From Octopus bimaculoides (taxonomy: Eukaryota), in the NCBI RefSeq assembly GCF_001194135.2, contig NC_069004.1:31012461-31065870 (forward strand): DNA of 53,410 nt, read 5' to 3'. Under the pieces are notes generated by a model, which was not told the DNA's origin, searched no databases, and saw nothing but the letters and a program-made list of their open reading frames with translations. Shown in pieces: positions 1 to 13,438 of this stretch. Within the stretch, counting starts at the first letter, position 1. The number at the start of each line of letters is the position of its first letter. A program made the translations under genes and the position numbers.

Positions 1-805
1 CATGGAAAGCGGACGTTAAACGATGATGATGATGATGATGATGATATAGGGCATCCAGCTGTAGAAACTCTGCCAAATCAGACTGGAGCCTGGTGTAGCC
101 ATCTGGTTTCACCAGTACTCAGTCAAATCGTCCAACCCATGCTAGCATGGAAAGCGGACGTTAAACGAAGATGATGATGATGATATATATATAGCAATTT
201 GGGGGTAGGGATTGAGTTGATTACATCCCCCCCCCCTAGTGTTCAACTGGTATTTATTTCATCGACCTTGAAAAGATGAAAGGCAAAGCTGACCTCAGTG
301 GAATTTGAACTCGGAATGTAGCAGCAGATGAAATACTAAACCCAGCATGCTAACGATTCTGTCAGCTCGTTACCTTAAATAATAACAATAATAATGATGA
401 TGATAATTAATAGTGGCAGAAGCAGTATTAATGCCAAAAAGGTAATCTTGATATCCAACTAAATGTAGAGGTTATGTTAGAACATAGGTTACAGTGTTAT
501 TTACCTTGAGCGAATCTCTCATAAGGATTCATCATCATCGTTTAGCACCTATTTTTTTCCATGCTGTAGAAACATTGCCAGATCAGATTGGAGCCTGGTG
601 CAGCCACTGGCTCCCCAGACCTCAGTCAAACCGTCCAACCTATGCCAGCATGGAAAACAGATGTTAAATGATGATGATCATATATATATATTCTGATTGA
701 ATCAAATTCTGATTGAATCTTCCATCTGTTAACATGTGCCTCTTTGCAAACAAAGGTAAACTTTCATTTAATCAAGATATCTTTGGCCTGAAGAGTAGCC
801 TAGGG

Positions 806-1100
806 CAGGGGTTTTCAAACTTTTTGACTTGTGGACCCCTTTATATTTCAGACTTTACCTTAGGGACCCCCTTATAAACACTTATGAAATTTATGCATAA
901 ATATTTGCTTAAAATAACATATTTTTACATTTGTTTATTTAACAGTATTTAACAAATAAGTTTATTGTCAATTAAAAGATTTCGATTAAAAAACATATAT
1001 AAAATCAAATTGCCCATAAAAAGTATTTGCTGTCCACGGACCCCCTGTCTTGTCCTTGCGGACCCCCTGTGGTCCGCGGACCACAGTTTGAAAACCCCTG
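806..1100. mobile_element. hAT (Charlie-like) MITE, 295 bp
   Basis: Perfect 16-bp TIR CAGGGGTTTTCAAACT / AGTTTGAAAACCCCTG; 8-bp flanks gcctaggg / gactaggt (6/8, CTAG core). Confidence 0.85.
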
Positions 1101-1122
1101 GACTAGGTCCTGCTTGCTATGA

Positions 1123-1382
1123 NNNNNNNNNNNNNNNNNNNNNNNNNNNNNNNNNNNNNNNNNNNNNNNNNNNNNNNNNNNNNNNNNNNNNNNNNNNNNN
1201 NNNNNNNNNNNNNNNNNNNNNNNNNNNNNNNNNNNNNNNNNNNNNNNNNNNNNNNNNNNNNNNNNNNNNNNNNNNNNNNNNNNNNNNNNNNNNNNNNNNN
1301 NNNNNNNNNNNNNNNNNNNNNNNNNNNNNNNNNNNNNNNNNNNNNNNNNNNNNNNNNNNNNNNNNNNNNNNNNNNNNNNNNN
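1123..1382. other. Assembly gap (one of many; others start near 8888, 17064, 20939, 28648, 40383, plus several short gaps)
   Basis: N runs; they produce the X-rich ORFs. Confidence 0.99.
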
Positions 1383-1435
<53 letters not shown>

Positions 1436-2062
1436 GACACACACACACACACGCATATATGTATATGTCTGCATTTTTGTACTTGTGTCTCCTTGTTTTG
1501 AGAACATGTCCGTCCATGGGGAAAATATTACTTCGCTTGGAATGAGGTGAGGGTTGGCAACAAGAAGGGCATCCAGCCGTAGAAAAATCTGCTTCAATAA
1601 ACTCCGCCCAACCCATGCAAGCATGGAAAAGTGTACATTAAAAGGACAAAGCTGATGATATATCTGTATTTCTGAAGCTGGTAAATATTAACCTCTCCCA
1701 CCTCACACACACACACACACACACACATTCCTCATTACCAAGTACTTCTAGCTCTATGGAATTGGTGCAATAATAAGGAAGTAGCAGTTATACAACTGCT
1801 ACTAATACCAACATACACATTTTATTGGTGTTTATTTTTATGCTATGCAGATTTTGTTCACGTGTGTGTGTGTGTGCGTATGTGGTGACTGTGTGTGAGA
1901 GAGAGAGTTGGGCAGTCTCTTGTAGAGAGAGAGCAAATATTTCCATTCAGAAATCCAGTTTCCAAGCAATACAATATTACTGTGATTATTTTAGAAACAA
2001 AAAAAAAAATTTTAAATTAGAAGAAATTATTATTATCATTATTATTATTATTATTATTATTA

Positions 2063-2960
2063 AGGCAGCGAGCTGGCAAAATCATTAGCATGCCAGACAA
2101 ATTGCTTAACGGTATTTCATCTGTCTTTACATTCTGGGTTCAAATTCCGCTGAGGTCGACTTTGTCATTCATTTTTTCAGGGATCAATAAATTAAGTACC
2201 AGTTGCATACTAGGGTCGATGTTGTCAACTGGCCCCCTCCCCCAAAATTCTGGGCCTTGTGCCAAGAGTAGAAAAGATTAAGGTAGCGAGCTGGCAGAAT
2301 TGTTAGCATGCTGGATGAAATGCTTAGCGGTATTTCATCTGCCGTTACATTCTGAGTTCAAATTCCACTGAGGTCAACTTTGCTATTCATCCTTTCAGGG
2401 GTTGATAAATTAAGTACCAGTGAAACACTGGGGTCGATGTAATTGACTAGTCCCCTCCCCACAAATTTCAGGCCTTGTGCCTATTGTAGTAAAGATTATT
2501 ATTATTATTATTATTATTAATAAGGCGGTGAGCTGGCAAAATCATTAGGATGCTGGGCAAAATACTTAATGGCATTTCATCCGTCTTCACGTTCTGAGTT
2601 CAAATTCCACTGAGGCTGACTTTGCTGTTCGTCCTTTCGAGGTTGATAAAATAAATACCAGTTGAACACTAGGGTTGATGTAATCAACTTGCACCCTCCC
2701 CAGAAATTGTTGGCCACTTGCCAAATTTTGAAAATGGCAAAGAATTTAGTAAAACGATAATTGTTATTGAGCTGTTGTAGGGTAGTGAGCTCTCAGAATC
2801 ATAAGCATACCAGGTGAAATGCTTAGCACCATTTTGTCCGTTTTAATGCTCTGAGTTCAAATTCCGCCAGGGTCAACTTTACCTTTCAGACTCGATAAAT
2901 TAAGTACCAGTAAAACACTGGGGTCATTTCACACCTTATGTCCAAAGTAGAAAGGATTAT
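2063..2960 (+). mobile_element. Four head-to-tail copies of tRNA-derived SINE family B
   Basis: Repeated GAGCTGGCAGAAT..GAGTTCAAATTCC..GAGGTCGACTTTGCCTTTCATCCTTTCGGGGTCGATAAA body, some with (ATT)n tails; same family recurs more than 15 times in the window. Confidence 0.85.
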
Positions 2961-5487
2961 TAAGCTGATGTTTGAAACAGAAATTAACACAAAATTTTTA
3001 TGGAAAATGTTAATTTTAGATCACTTTAACCCTTTAGGGTTCATATTATGCCCTCAAACGTAATCCTTATTAATCCACATTGTTTTGAATTAATCATACA
3101 TTATTTCATAGCTCTGAGATTTCAATGCTGTGATTATTTTTAAAATGACATTGTAGGGTAGGTGTAAGAGACCAGATCTGACCAGTCTGAATATAAAACA
3201 AGCAATAGGGCAGAATATGATAAAGAGTTAAAACAAGAATTTTGTATCACAGAACCCAAGAGCAGGCTTGAGGGGATTGGTGTCAAAAGGGTTAAAAATC
3301 TCACTGAGTATCTCCTAATTAGGTGAAGCACAGTTATTTTCCCCTGTCGTTTGCTGTCAAGAGATGAACATTTTAATTGGAAATGTCAACAAGTTTAATG
3401 TTTCAAAAGAGAGAGAAGAACAGTGAGTGGCAGCCATGAGAAGTACAGGAACAGTAAAACTAAAGATGTTGTCTGCCTCGAAAATTTTGCTTCTTGTCAA
3501 AGTGGGAAAAAATGACTTTTACTGAAGAATTGTCAGAGAAAGATATAAATAAATGTGTATGCGTTAAGTGATAATGGCGGTATGTAAGAAGATGTTTCTT
3601 TGGTACTAGTACAAGCAAAAGCAACAACAAGAAAAATAAGGAGAAAAAAAACATGACTATGGAAGATAGAATAGATAAAAATGGTAACATTGAGAAGAAT
3701 AAGGATAAACGTTTGAGAAGGTCAGAGAAAAAGTCAAGAAGAATATAGAAAACCATAATGACAACAATAATGAAACAATGCTAAAAATAACACCAAGGAA
3801 AAATATTTCTTCGAGAACCACCATCAGAAGGACCAAACACTCGATTCAGTTTAAACACCATCTTCTATTTTTACTTGTTTCAGCCATTAGACTGCGACCA
3901 TGCTGGGGCACCACCTTGAAGAATTTGTAACCAAATTAAATCAACTCCAATACTTTTCTTTTAAAAGCCGGGTGCTTATTCTATGAATCACTATGACAAA
4001 CTGCTAAGTTACAGGAACATAAACAAACCAACACTAGTTGTCAAGCAGTGGCGCTGAGGGCAAACACAGACCCAAAGATATGTGCATAGACATATTTATG
4101 CAACAAGCTTCTTTCAGCTTCTGTCTGTCAAATCTACTCCCAAGGCTCTGGTCGGCCCAAGGCTTTAATAGAAGACTCTTGCCTAAGGTGCCACACATTG
4201 GGACTGAACCCAGAACATTAACCAAAAAAGAACATGAAGAATTATATTTAACCTTTGTTGTGATGATTAAATTTTTGCTGATGTAACATGCTAATCACTT
4301 GCCAATTAACATATAACATGCCAATCATTTGCAAATCATTGTCTTTCTTATTGAAAATTATCTGAAAATTATCACACTTTGAATACCAGAAAAATTTAAC
4401 AATTTCGGATTCAGCATCAAAACTTACATGTATATGATATGTTAAAAATTTTTTCTTTAAGACAATTGTAAACAGTGACGAAATCCACAAAGATCCTAAT
4501 CTTTGGCACTCCGTCGCTTACGACGTCGAGGGTTCCAGTTGATCTGATCAACGGAACAGCCTGCTCGTGAAATTAACATGCAAGTGGCTGAGCACTCCAC
4601 AGACACGTGTAGCCTTAACGTAGTTCTCAGGGGATATTCAGCATGACACAGTGTGACAAGGCTGACCCTTTGAATTACAGGCACAACAGAAACAGGAAGT
4701 AAGAGTAAGAGAAAGTTGTGGTGGAAGAGTACAGCAGGGTTCGCCACCATCCCCTGCCGGAGCCTCGTGGAGCTTTTTAGGTGTTTTCACTCAATAAACA
4801 TTCACAACGCCTGGTCTGGGAATCGAAATATGCTAACAAAAAGGGGTTAAATGGTCTTAACCGCTTTTGTTGTCTTAACCCATAATTGTGAATTAGCAAC
4901 CACGATTTCATGGAATCCTTGCCCTTTCATCAACCTTAGACATCTACAAAATAATAAAATGTCTGTGCTTAATGCTACAGGTTAAGTTTAAAAATCTTTA
5001 TCACACAAACAAACACAGTTTTGCTCACTATTTTTCTTTCGGTGTGTGTGGGTCACCGTTGGGATGTAACTGGCAGATGTTATCAGTGAAATGATAAGAG
5101 ATACAGCACATGATCTTCTCTAACTGCTTAAAGGTTAAATATTTCTCCAATTATTACTTTTGCCAAACTGCTACTACTACTACTACTGCTACTGCTGCTG
5201 CTGCTGCTGCTATTACTAATACTACTAAAAATACTGTGAGCATTAATACTACTAGTATCGCAACAACAACATCACCACTACTACTACTACCACCACTTCT
5301 AACATGCTAACAAGCCAAGGAGAGATCCTCTTAAACAGGGGTCATCAAAGTGGTTGAAACTCTGCCAAATTTAGATTGGAGCCTGGTGTTGCCATCCGGT
5401 TTCACCAGTCCTCAGTCAAATCGTCCAACCCATGCTAGCATGGAAAGCGGACGTTAAACGATGATGATGATGATGATATATAGTATA

Positions 5488-5573
<86 letters not shown>

Positions 5574-5852
5574 GAGAATATACAAATAATAACAACAGAC
5601 GAGGACAGGTGGTGTAAATAACAAAAGTATATATTAGTATGACGCTCAATACACACACACAGCAGTGTATGTCGACCTATGTGTTTTAAAGTGATCTAAG
5701 AACTTTCCATCAAAATTTCATGTTAATTTACCGTTTTTAACCGTTTGGCATTCAGATTACTCAGACAAATGTTACACTTATTTATTCAGATTGTTTTGAA
5801 TGAATAATGCATTATTATTTTGTAGCATTTGAGATTTCGATGATGAGATTGA

Positions 5853-6240
5853 TTGCTAAAGCTATTTATGGCTATGGTATGTCCACACCTAGAGCTTGCA
5901 TCGCCAGTCTGGAAACCTTATCTAGTTCGGCATATCTCCTGGAAACTGTTCAGGAATGAGCAGCCATCAGGCATCTATCATATTTTGAATATCTTGCTTC
6001 CCTGGGCATGGACACATTACGACTCAGATGTCTGGCAACTGATTTGGCAGACACCCACGAGATTATCCACCATCTTTACAACAACCTTTGGCACCTGTTT
6101 GAATTCCATGACTAACATTTGAGGAACATGCTTACAAAATCAAAAGCCATGACTTTCAGAACCTCTTTTGACACTTGGAATTTCTGAAGTATGGAATAAA
6201 CTATCCACATCAGTTGTTGGGACATTACATCCTTCAAAAC
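5853..6240 (+). mobile_element. Degenerate CR1/L2-clade LINE, ORF2 C-terminal fragment
   Basis: LLKLFMAMVCPHLELASPVWKPYL / LETVQ / LRCLATDLADTHEII / HAYKI / VWNKLSTSVV match the CR1 post-RT motifs LVRPHLEY..W.P, LERVQ, RRL..DL, RGH, WN.LP..VV; frameshifts and stops present. Confidence 0.85.
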
Positions 6241-6295
6241 TTCCATGCTTCCTAAAATTCGCCAATAGTGCACCTGACGGCCCCCTACCTTTCGA

Positions 6296-6440
6296 AGGCA
6301 AAGTAGCTGAGTTCCTTTCGAGCGTTGGGCCTTACAGAGGCAAAGTGGCCAAGTTCCTCTCGAGCATTGGGCCTCGCGGAGGCAAAATGTTTGAGTTCCT
6401 TTCAAGCATTGGGCCTCACAGAAGCAATGACCAAGACCTT
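6296..6440 (+). repeat. 42-bp tandem repeat, about 3.4 copies
   Basis: Units start at 6296, 6338, 6380, 6422 (AGGCAAAGTAGCTGAGTTCCTTTCGAGCGTTGGGCCTTACAG). Confidence 0.9.
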
Positions 6441-6780
6441 TGGCATTATGTACCAAACACCAGTTTACTAATAATAAATATAATTTACTGTTTGTTAGAA
6501 TCACAGAATTGTGAAACTTGCAGATGAACAGGTGAATCATATGTATGAACAAATGGATGAACAGGTTTTCATTCTCCTCAAGTATATGCTCTGATAGTTT
6601 TTTTTTTTCTTTTTGTAATAAAAGAATTACCTAAATAATTTATCTCTAGTATTGTACCTTTAAGTAGTTGGTGGGCTGGCAGAGTCGTTAGCAGACCAGG
6701 CGAAATGCTTAATGGTAGTTCATCTGTCCTTACATTCTAAGTTCAAATTCTGCTGAAGTTAACCCTGCCTTTTATCCTTT

Positions 6781-7004
6781 TAGGTAGGTAGTTAGGTAGG
6801 TATATAGGTAAGTCACGCTCTTGCTTGCTGGGGCTGAGGTCATTCCAAGGTAGTGGTCCCAAAGGCATCACCATGCACAGAGCTGACCTGGTCCACCAGT
6901 GATGCCCATCGCTGGCAGTCCTACGCCAGTCCCTCTGCATCCTCCAAGGTGACACAAAACCTCTGGAGATCTTCCCCAATCACGTCCAGCCATCTGTTGC
7001 AAGG
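6781..7004 (-). mobile_element. RTE-clade LINE 3' end nested in a SINE B copy
   Basis: Minus translation RPCNRWLDVIGEDLQRFCVTLEDAEGLA*DCQRWASLV; (ACCT)n tail; the host SINE resumes at 7011. Confidence 0.8.
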
Positions 7005-7083
7005 CCTTTCTGGGTCGATAAAATAAGTACTGGGGAGGGGGGGCGATGTAATCACCTTAATTACTCCTGGGTAACAGTATAAA

Positions 7084-7451
7084 AAAAACTGTGTCCTTCT
7101 ACCAAGCTATATTGAGTTAGTGTAGCAGAGTGGGTTCATCCAACCAGTATGATCTCGAGCTCAAATTCATGGCCTCCATGTCAGACTGTGGTTGGTGATG
7201 AGAATGTGCTGAAGCCTTTGTTCTGCAGTGGATTGCATATAGGCAACCCAACCTCAGGTCAGGCTTTGGTATGAGTAGAAAAACTGCATCACCCCCTGCC
7301 AAGCCATGTTGAGCCAGTGTAGCTGAGTAGGCTCATCAAACCAGTATGATCTCAGGCTCAAATTCATGGCCTCCACATCAGACTGTGGTTGGTGGAGGGA
7401 ACATGCCGAGGTCTTTGTTTTGCAAAGCACTGAACATAGGCAATACAATCC
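7084..7451. repeat. Diverged tandem duplication, period about 197 bp
   Basis: About 7084-7254 vs 7279-7451, sharing CCAGTATGATCTC..GCTCAAATTCATGGCCTCCA..TCAGACTGTGGTTGGTG. Confidence 0.8.
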
Positions 7452-7588
7452 AATCAAATTACACTTTTATAACAAAATATCTTGGCTTGGCCTTGACTTC
7501 ATTTCCAAGCATGTAGCAAAAATCTAGGTTGTGTTAACGCTATGATGAGCATTTCAGCCACATTATTTTTTGTCTACACAATTATATA

Positions 7589-8042
7589 GGCGTAGGAGTA
7601 GCTGTGTGGTAAGTAGCTTGCTTACAAACCACATGGTTCCGGGTTCAGTCCCACTGCGTGGCACCTTCGGCAAGTGTCTTCTACTATAGCCTCGGGTCGA
7701 CCAAAGCCTTGTGTGTAGATTTGGTAGACGGAAACTGAAAGAAGCCCGTCATATATATGTATGTGTGTGCGTGTGTGTGTGTGTGTTTCTGTGTTTGTGT
7801 TTGTCCCCTCAACATCGCTTAACAACTGATGCTGGTGTGTTTACGCCTCCATAACTTAGCGGTTCGGCAAAAGGGACCAATAGAATAAGTACTAGGCTTA
7901 CAAAGAATAAGTCCTGAGGTCGATTTGCTCGACTAAAGGCNNNNNNNNNNGAATAAGTCCTGAGGTCGATTTGCTCGACTAAAGGCGGTGCTCCAGCATG
8001 GCCACAGTCAAATGGCTGAAACAAGTAAAAGAGTAAAGAGAG
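7589..8042 (+). mobile_element. tRNA-derived SINE family A (CORE-like), full-length representative
   Basis: Head GGCGTAGGAGTAGCTGTGTGGTAAG..GGTTCAGTCCC, CORE-like CCTT(G/C)GGCAAGTGTCTT, internal (TA)/(TG) tract, AAGTAAAAGAG tail; about 20 copies in the window. Confidence 0.85.
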
Positions 8043-9151
8043 TAACTACGCTGAGACTCCATAGTCTGGTGATAGAGAATGGTTCAGCACCAATAGCTAT
8101 AATAATAATGTTACTTTGTTGATATTTGTAAAGTTGCAATGTAAATTAACCATTTTGTTACCATATTTCTGTTGGAATACACTACTTTTGTTTCAATTCA
8201 TTTTGAAAATGATGAAGAATTTACTGAAATAACTGTCATTATTAACTCTAGTTTGGAATCAAAATTTTGATGGAAGCTTTTAATTTAGATTGCTTTAACA
8301 TTTTTGTTACCATATTGCTAACGAAATATGCTGCCTTTGTTTCAGTTTATTTTGGAAATAATGAAGTAATTAGTAAAATATCTTTGTCATTACTAAGCTG
8401 ATGTTTGGAACATAAATTAAAATGAAATTTTGATGGAAGGTTTACTTTAAAACATGAAGTTTGTATCAAAGAATTAGCGGTGGTCTCAGGAATGTTGGCA
8501 TCAAAAATGTTGAGGTACCGACCATTCTTCTGGAAGTAAGAGGGATAGAAGGACCCAGATAAGAGAAAAGTGGGGTTGCAATATTGAAAGACACCATGAG
8601 ATGAAGGGAAGATCAGTAAATATGAGAAGGTAAAGTAGCCAAGCAAGGGAAAATGGTATGAGAGAGGAGAGAGAGAGAAAAGAGAGAAGATAGAGAGAGA
8701 GAGAGAAGATAGAGAGAAAAGAAAGAGAGAGAGAGAGAGAAATAAGAGACCGGGGGAAGGAGGGAACAAATGTTGATATTGAATTTGAGACAATTCCAAG
8801 AGAGAGAGACAGACAGACTGACAGAAAGTACATCAAAGATGAGGCAGTTGGGGGGGGGGCAGAGATGTTAAGGTGAGGGTGGGGAAGNNNNNNNNNNNNN
8901 NNNNNNNNNNNNNNNNNNNNNNNNNNNNNNNNNNNNNNNNNNNNNNNNNNNNNNNNNNNNNNNNNNNNNNNNNNNNNNNNNNNNNNNNNNNNNNNNNNNN
9001 NNNNNNNNNNNNNNNNNNNNNNNNNNNNNNNNNNNNNNNNNNNNNNNNNNNNNNNNNNNNNNNNNNNNNNNNNNNNNNNNNNNNNNNNNNNNNNNNNNNN
9101 NNNNNNNNNNNNNNNNNNNNNNNNNNNNNNNNNNNNNNNNNNNNNNNNNNN

Positions 9152-10440
9152 GTGGGGGTTATGGTGAAAGTGGTGGTGGTGGGGTGGGGGTTATGGTGAA
9201 AGTGGTGGTGGTTGTGGTGATGGTATTAGTGGTAGTAGTGATAGTGGTGGTGGAGGCTGCAGTGATGGTGGTAGTGGTAGTGATGATTGTGGTGATGCTG
9301 GTGGTACTGATAGTGGTGGGTTGTAATGGTGGTGCATTGTTGTGGTGGTAGTGGTGCATTGTTGTGGTGGTGGTGTGTAGTGCTATGTAGTATAAAATGA
9401 TGTCAACATGTGCTGGTGCCAGCGATGTGGTGGTGGTGGTGGTGGTAGTAGCAATGTGTAGAGGTAGAAATGTATTGAGTGGAGTGTGATGGCAATGGTG
9501 TTGGCAGTAGCGCATAGTGGTCATATTGTTGCTATTGTTATTGTTGTTGTTGGTCGTGGTGGTGGTAATGTGTAGTAGCGTATATATGGAGGTAGTAGCA
9601 AGTGGTATGTGTGAGTGTAGTGGTGGTGGAGCTAGTATGTGTTGTGGTAGTAGTAAAATGGTGTACATGTAGTAGTGGAACGTAGTGGTGGTGGTGGTGG
9701 TGGTGGTAAAAGTAGTAATAAGATGATGTGTCTGCATATGTAGTGAGATGTGTGTGTGGTAGTGTTGAAGTGTTGTTTAACCCCAGGTCAGCCCTGACTT
9801 GATCCAGCCATGACCATCCCATCTTTTTAAGAATAGCTTTATTGATGTTGTCCAATGTGGGTGTGGTCTTTTTTCCTGTTTTTTTTTTTTCAAAGAGGGT
9901 GTGGTTTGAGGAAATTTGGCTACTATATCTAGCGAGTTCAGCAACTACATAGGAACCCCGATGTTGACGAGACAACATGTGGTGATAGTGATGGTAGTGG
10001 TGGTGATGGTCATGGTAGTGGTGACAATGATGGTGGTAGTGATGATGATGGTAGTGGTGGTGGTGGTGGTGATAGTGGTGATGATGACGGTGGTGGTGAT
10101 GACGATGGTAGTGGTGGCGATGATGGTGGTAGTGGTGGTGGCGATGATGATGGTGGTGGTGATGGTCATGGTGGTCATGGTAGTGGTGGTGGCGATGATG
10201 GTGGTAGTGATGATGGTGGTGGTGGTGATAGTGATGACGATGATGATGATGGGGGGGATGGTGGTGTTGACAAAACAAAGCGATGAAGGGTGAAGATGGC
10301 ACAGGTAGTGATGATGATGATGATGATCAAGAAGATGACGACGATGGTAACAATGGTGCTGCTGCTGGTGGTGGTGGTGGTGATGGTGCTGATGTACTCC
10401 CCTTCCCCACCCACCCACACACACACACCACCACCACTAT
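9152..10440. repeat. Degenerate (GTG/ATG/GTA)n trinucleotide low-complexity field
   Basis: Direct inspection; source of the His-, Thr- and Val-rich ORFs. Confidence 0.95.
9770..9975 (-). mobile_element. Unclassified interspersed repeat H (GCTAGAAATAGCAGCCAAATCTCC..GGGATGGTCATGGCTGG..(AAC)n)
   Basis: Diverged copies at about 19490-19950, 20560-20620, 20820-20900, 23100-23330, 23330-23560, 24500-24620, 24690-24880. Confidence 0.65.
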
Positions 10441-10725
10441 CACAGATGTCTCACATTATTTACTTTCTTCCTACCCCCCCTCCACACAGCAAAATTTCAT
10501 TTCAATTCCCAGTCGATCCTGTCACTTTTGTGTAGGCCTGTTGTCTTCCATTCACTTCCAAACTCCATTTTCACCACATCGAACCCTTACCATCATTTAT
10601 TCGCCAACACGTAATTTATTTACCAAGCAATAAACACACACACACACACGTTCATGTGTATGTGTGTGTTTGTTGCATGCATGTGTGTGTGTGTAGATGT
10701 ATATGTTTGTGTATGTGTTTATATA

Positions 10726-10729
<4 letters not shown>

Positions 10730-10763
<34 letters not shown>

Positions 10764-11021
10764 ACAGATGTATATGTTTATATATGTGTATAAATGCATA
10801 AGTATAAATATAAATATATGCATATGTACAAGTGTATATGTAAACATGTATGTATGTGTGTATAGATGTATGTTTATATATATATATATGTATAGATGTA
10901 TGTTTATATATATATATATAGATGTATGTTTATATATATATAGATGTATGTTTATATATATATATAGATGTATGTTTATATATATATATAGATGTATGTT
11001 TATATATATATATAGATGTAT

Positions 11022-11074
<53 letters not shown>

Positions 11075-11110
11075 TAGATAGGTAGATAGATATATGTTTA
11101 TATATATATA
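10730..11110. repeat. (TA)n field with a periodic GATGTATGTTTA(TA)n higher-order unit
   Basis: About 7 copies between 10860 and 11030 with variable TA length. Confidence 0.9.
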
Positions 11111-12678
11111 TAAGTGTGTGTGTGTATCTGAATATGTTTGTATATCTGTATGTGTATGCATGTGTGTATATATACATATATATATTTACACACATATATG
11201 TATATATGTCTGTGTATATGTGTGTGTGTATATATGTATGCATGCAAATAGATCTGTGCCTTGTGTGTGTACATATACACATATACATGTAGACATATAT
11301 ATTTTAAAAAATGGCTTAACGCCAACTCAAAGTAAAGAAAACAAAAGAGGGAAGAAAGAAAAAAAAAAGAGAATTGAAAAAACAACAAAAAAAAACCTCA
11401 GTGCGTATCGATTGGCAAATAAATAGCTATAGTGGTTTGTAATGAGCTTGTTTCACAATGTGTGGTTGGCCAATAACAACAACCATAGACTGCGATCAGT
11501 AGATGGTCTCTCTTGGGACAAACCCATCATTGCTAACTCTATTCTATTGCAATTATGATAAACACATGAACCATGGCGACACCAAAAGAAAAAAAAATCC
11601 TTTCATAGACTGTCAGATATTACATCCAAACACACATCTATGTCCTATGCATGCACACGTCTGTATGTGCATGCCCATACGAATATGCATATGCATGAGC
11701 GCAGATATACGTCGTGGGAAACTCAATGCAAATCCAAGATTCTTGTTCTCATGGTGAGTGAGAGAGCGAGAGAGAGAGAGAGAGAGAGAGAGCACTAAAC
11801 TTCAAGTAATGAGTCACAATGAAATTTTCAACACACACATACACACACAAACATCGTCATCATCTAAAAGTTCGCTTTTCCATGCCGGCATGGGTTGGAC
11901 GGTGGTTTTTTTTTTTTTTTGAAGCAAATTTTCTCCAGTTGGATGTCCCTTCCTGTCACCAACCCTCACCTGTTTCCAAACAAGGTAATATCCCCACCCA
12001 TGGCCAAACATGGCTTTCACTGAAAACTAGCATTAATTGTATGACAATGATGCTCGTTTACAACTATCATGTGATGTAAAGACAAGGCTGGACACAACAC
12101 ACCACACACATGTATATATATAAAAGGGTAAAGGCCCCTTTGGTCATGAATGACCATGGGATTGCACCTAGAAAATTCCCCTCCGAGGCACAAGTCCAGG
12201 CAAGGTTGTTTATGGAAGACCAATAGTCGCCCATGCATACCAGCCTCCCTTCTCCAAACCACCAATGTTATCCAAAGGAAAGGCAAAGACTGATACAGCT
12301 TGGCACTTACAGCTGAGTGAACTGGAGGACATGAAATAAAGTGTCTTGCTCAAGAACACAACAGCCCAATCCAAGAACCAAACTCAGTACCTCATGAGTG
12401 TGATCTCAACTCTCAACACTTGAATGGTGCTTTTTACATTCCACCGGCACAGATGCCAGTCAGGCGGCAATGGCATCAACCACACTCAAATGGTGCCTTT
12501 TGCATGCCACCAGCACGGGTGACAGTCAAGCAGCACTGGTTCTTGCTTCCCAACCACATGGTCCTCAGTTCATTCCCACTGCGTGGCACCTTGGGCAAGT
12601 GTCTTCTACTATAGACTTGGGCTGACCAAAACCTTGTGAATGGATTTGGCAGATGGAAACTGTCATGTGTGTACACAC

Positions 12679-12735
<57 letters not shown>

Positions 12736-13115
12736 TACCTCACTTTCGCTGTCCATTTACCTGAAACTCTATCACCCTCTTCAGAACATGCTCCTCATCC
12801 CGTGCCCATACCACTGCACTCCATTTGCCCTTGCCAGCTGTTCCACTGATTCCTCCAACCCTGTTTGTAGTTTCCCTCTAACCAATTCACTCACAAGGCA
12901 TTGGTTGATCCTGTGCTATTGTAAAAGACATTTGCCCAAGGTTCTGTTCAGTGGGACTGAACCTAAAGCTATGTTTGTGAACTTCTAAACCACACAGCCT
13001 GGCATGCACCATGTGTGTGTGTGTCTATGCATACACATCCGCTGCTTCTAAGCATTTAGTACTTTACTTTAGTGTTTCTGCCTTACTATTTTTGCATTCT
13101 TTAACAGAAGCATAC

Positions 13116-13193
<78 letters not shown>

Positions 13194-13399
13194 CACATTC
13201 TTGGATATGGACATTTATAACAAATAAATTATAAACACACACATACACTCATATTATATATACGCATAACACATATATATACACCCATATATTAAATGTG
13301 TGCGTATACACCCATATTACATATACACACATATGTATACACACCCATATACTATACACACACACCCATATATTACATATATACACACCCATATATTAT

Positions 13400-13438
<39 letters not shown>

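Noticed and set aside
965-1624. ORFs with X runs and (IY)n, (CV)n or (TH)n tracts here and throughout the track
   Set aside because: Produced by N-gaps and dinucleotide microsatellites.
7905-7986. 36-bp exact direct repeat
   Set aside because: It flanks a 10-N gap; assembly overlap.
9159-10633. Long His-, Thr- and Val/Met-rich ORFs (up to 254 aa)
   Set aside because: They are translations of a degenerate trinucleotide field, open in several frames on both strands, and interrupted by a repeat H copy.
11573-11759. Strong Kozak aaccATGG and donor ATG|GTGAGT suggesting a plus-strand first exon
   Set aside because: The ATG frame stops after 11 codons, the body is degenerate (CA/TA) sequence, and the donor merges into a (GA)n tract; no partner exon was found.
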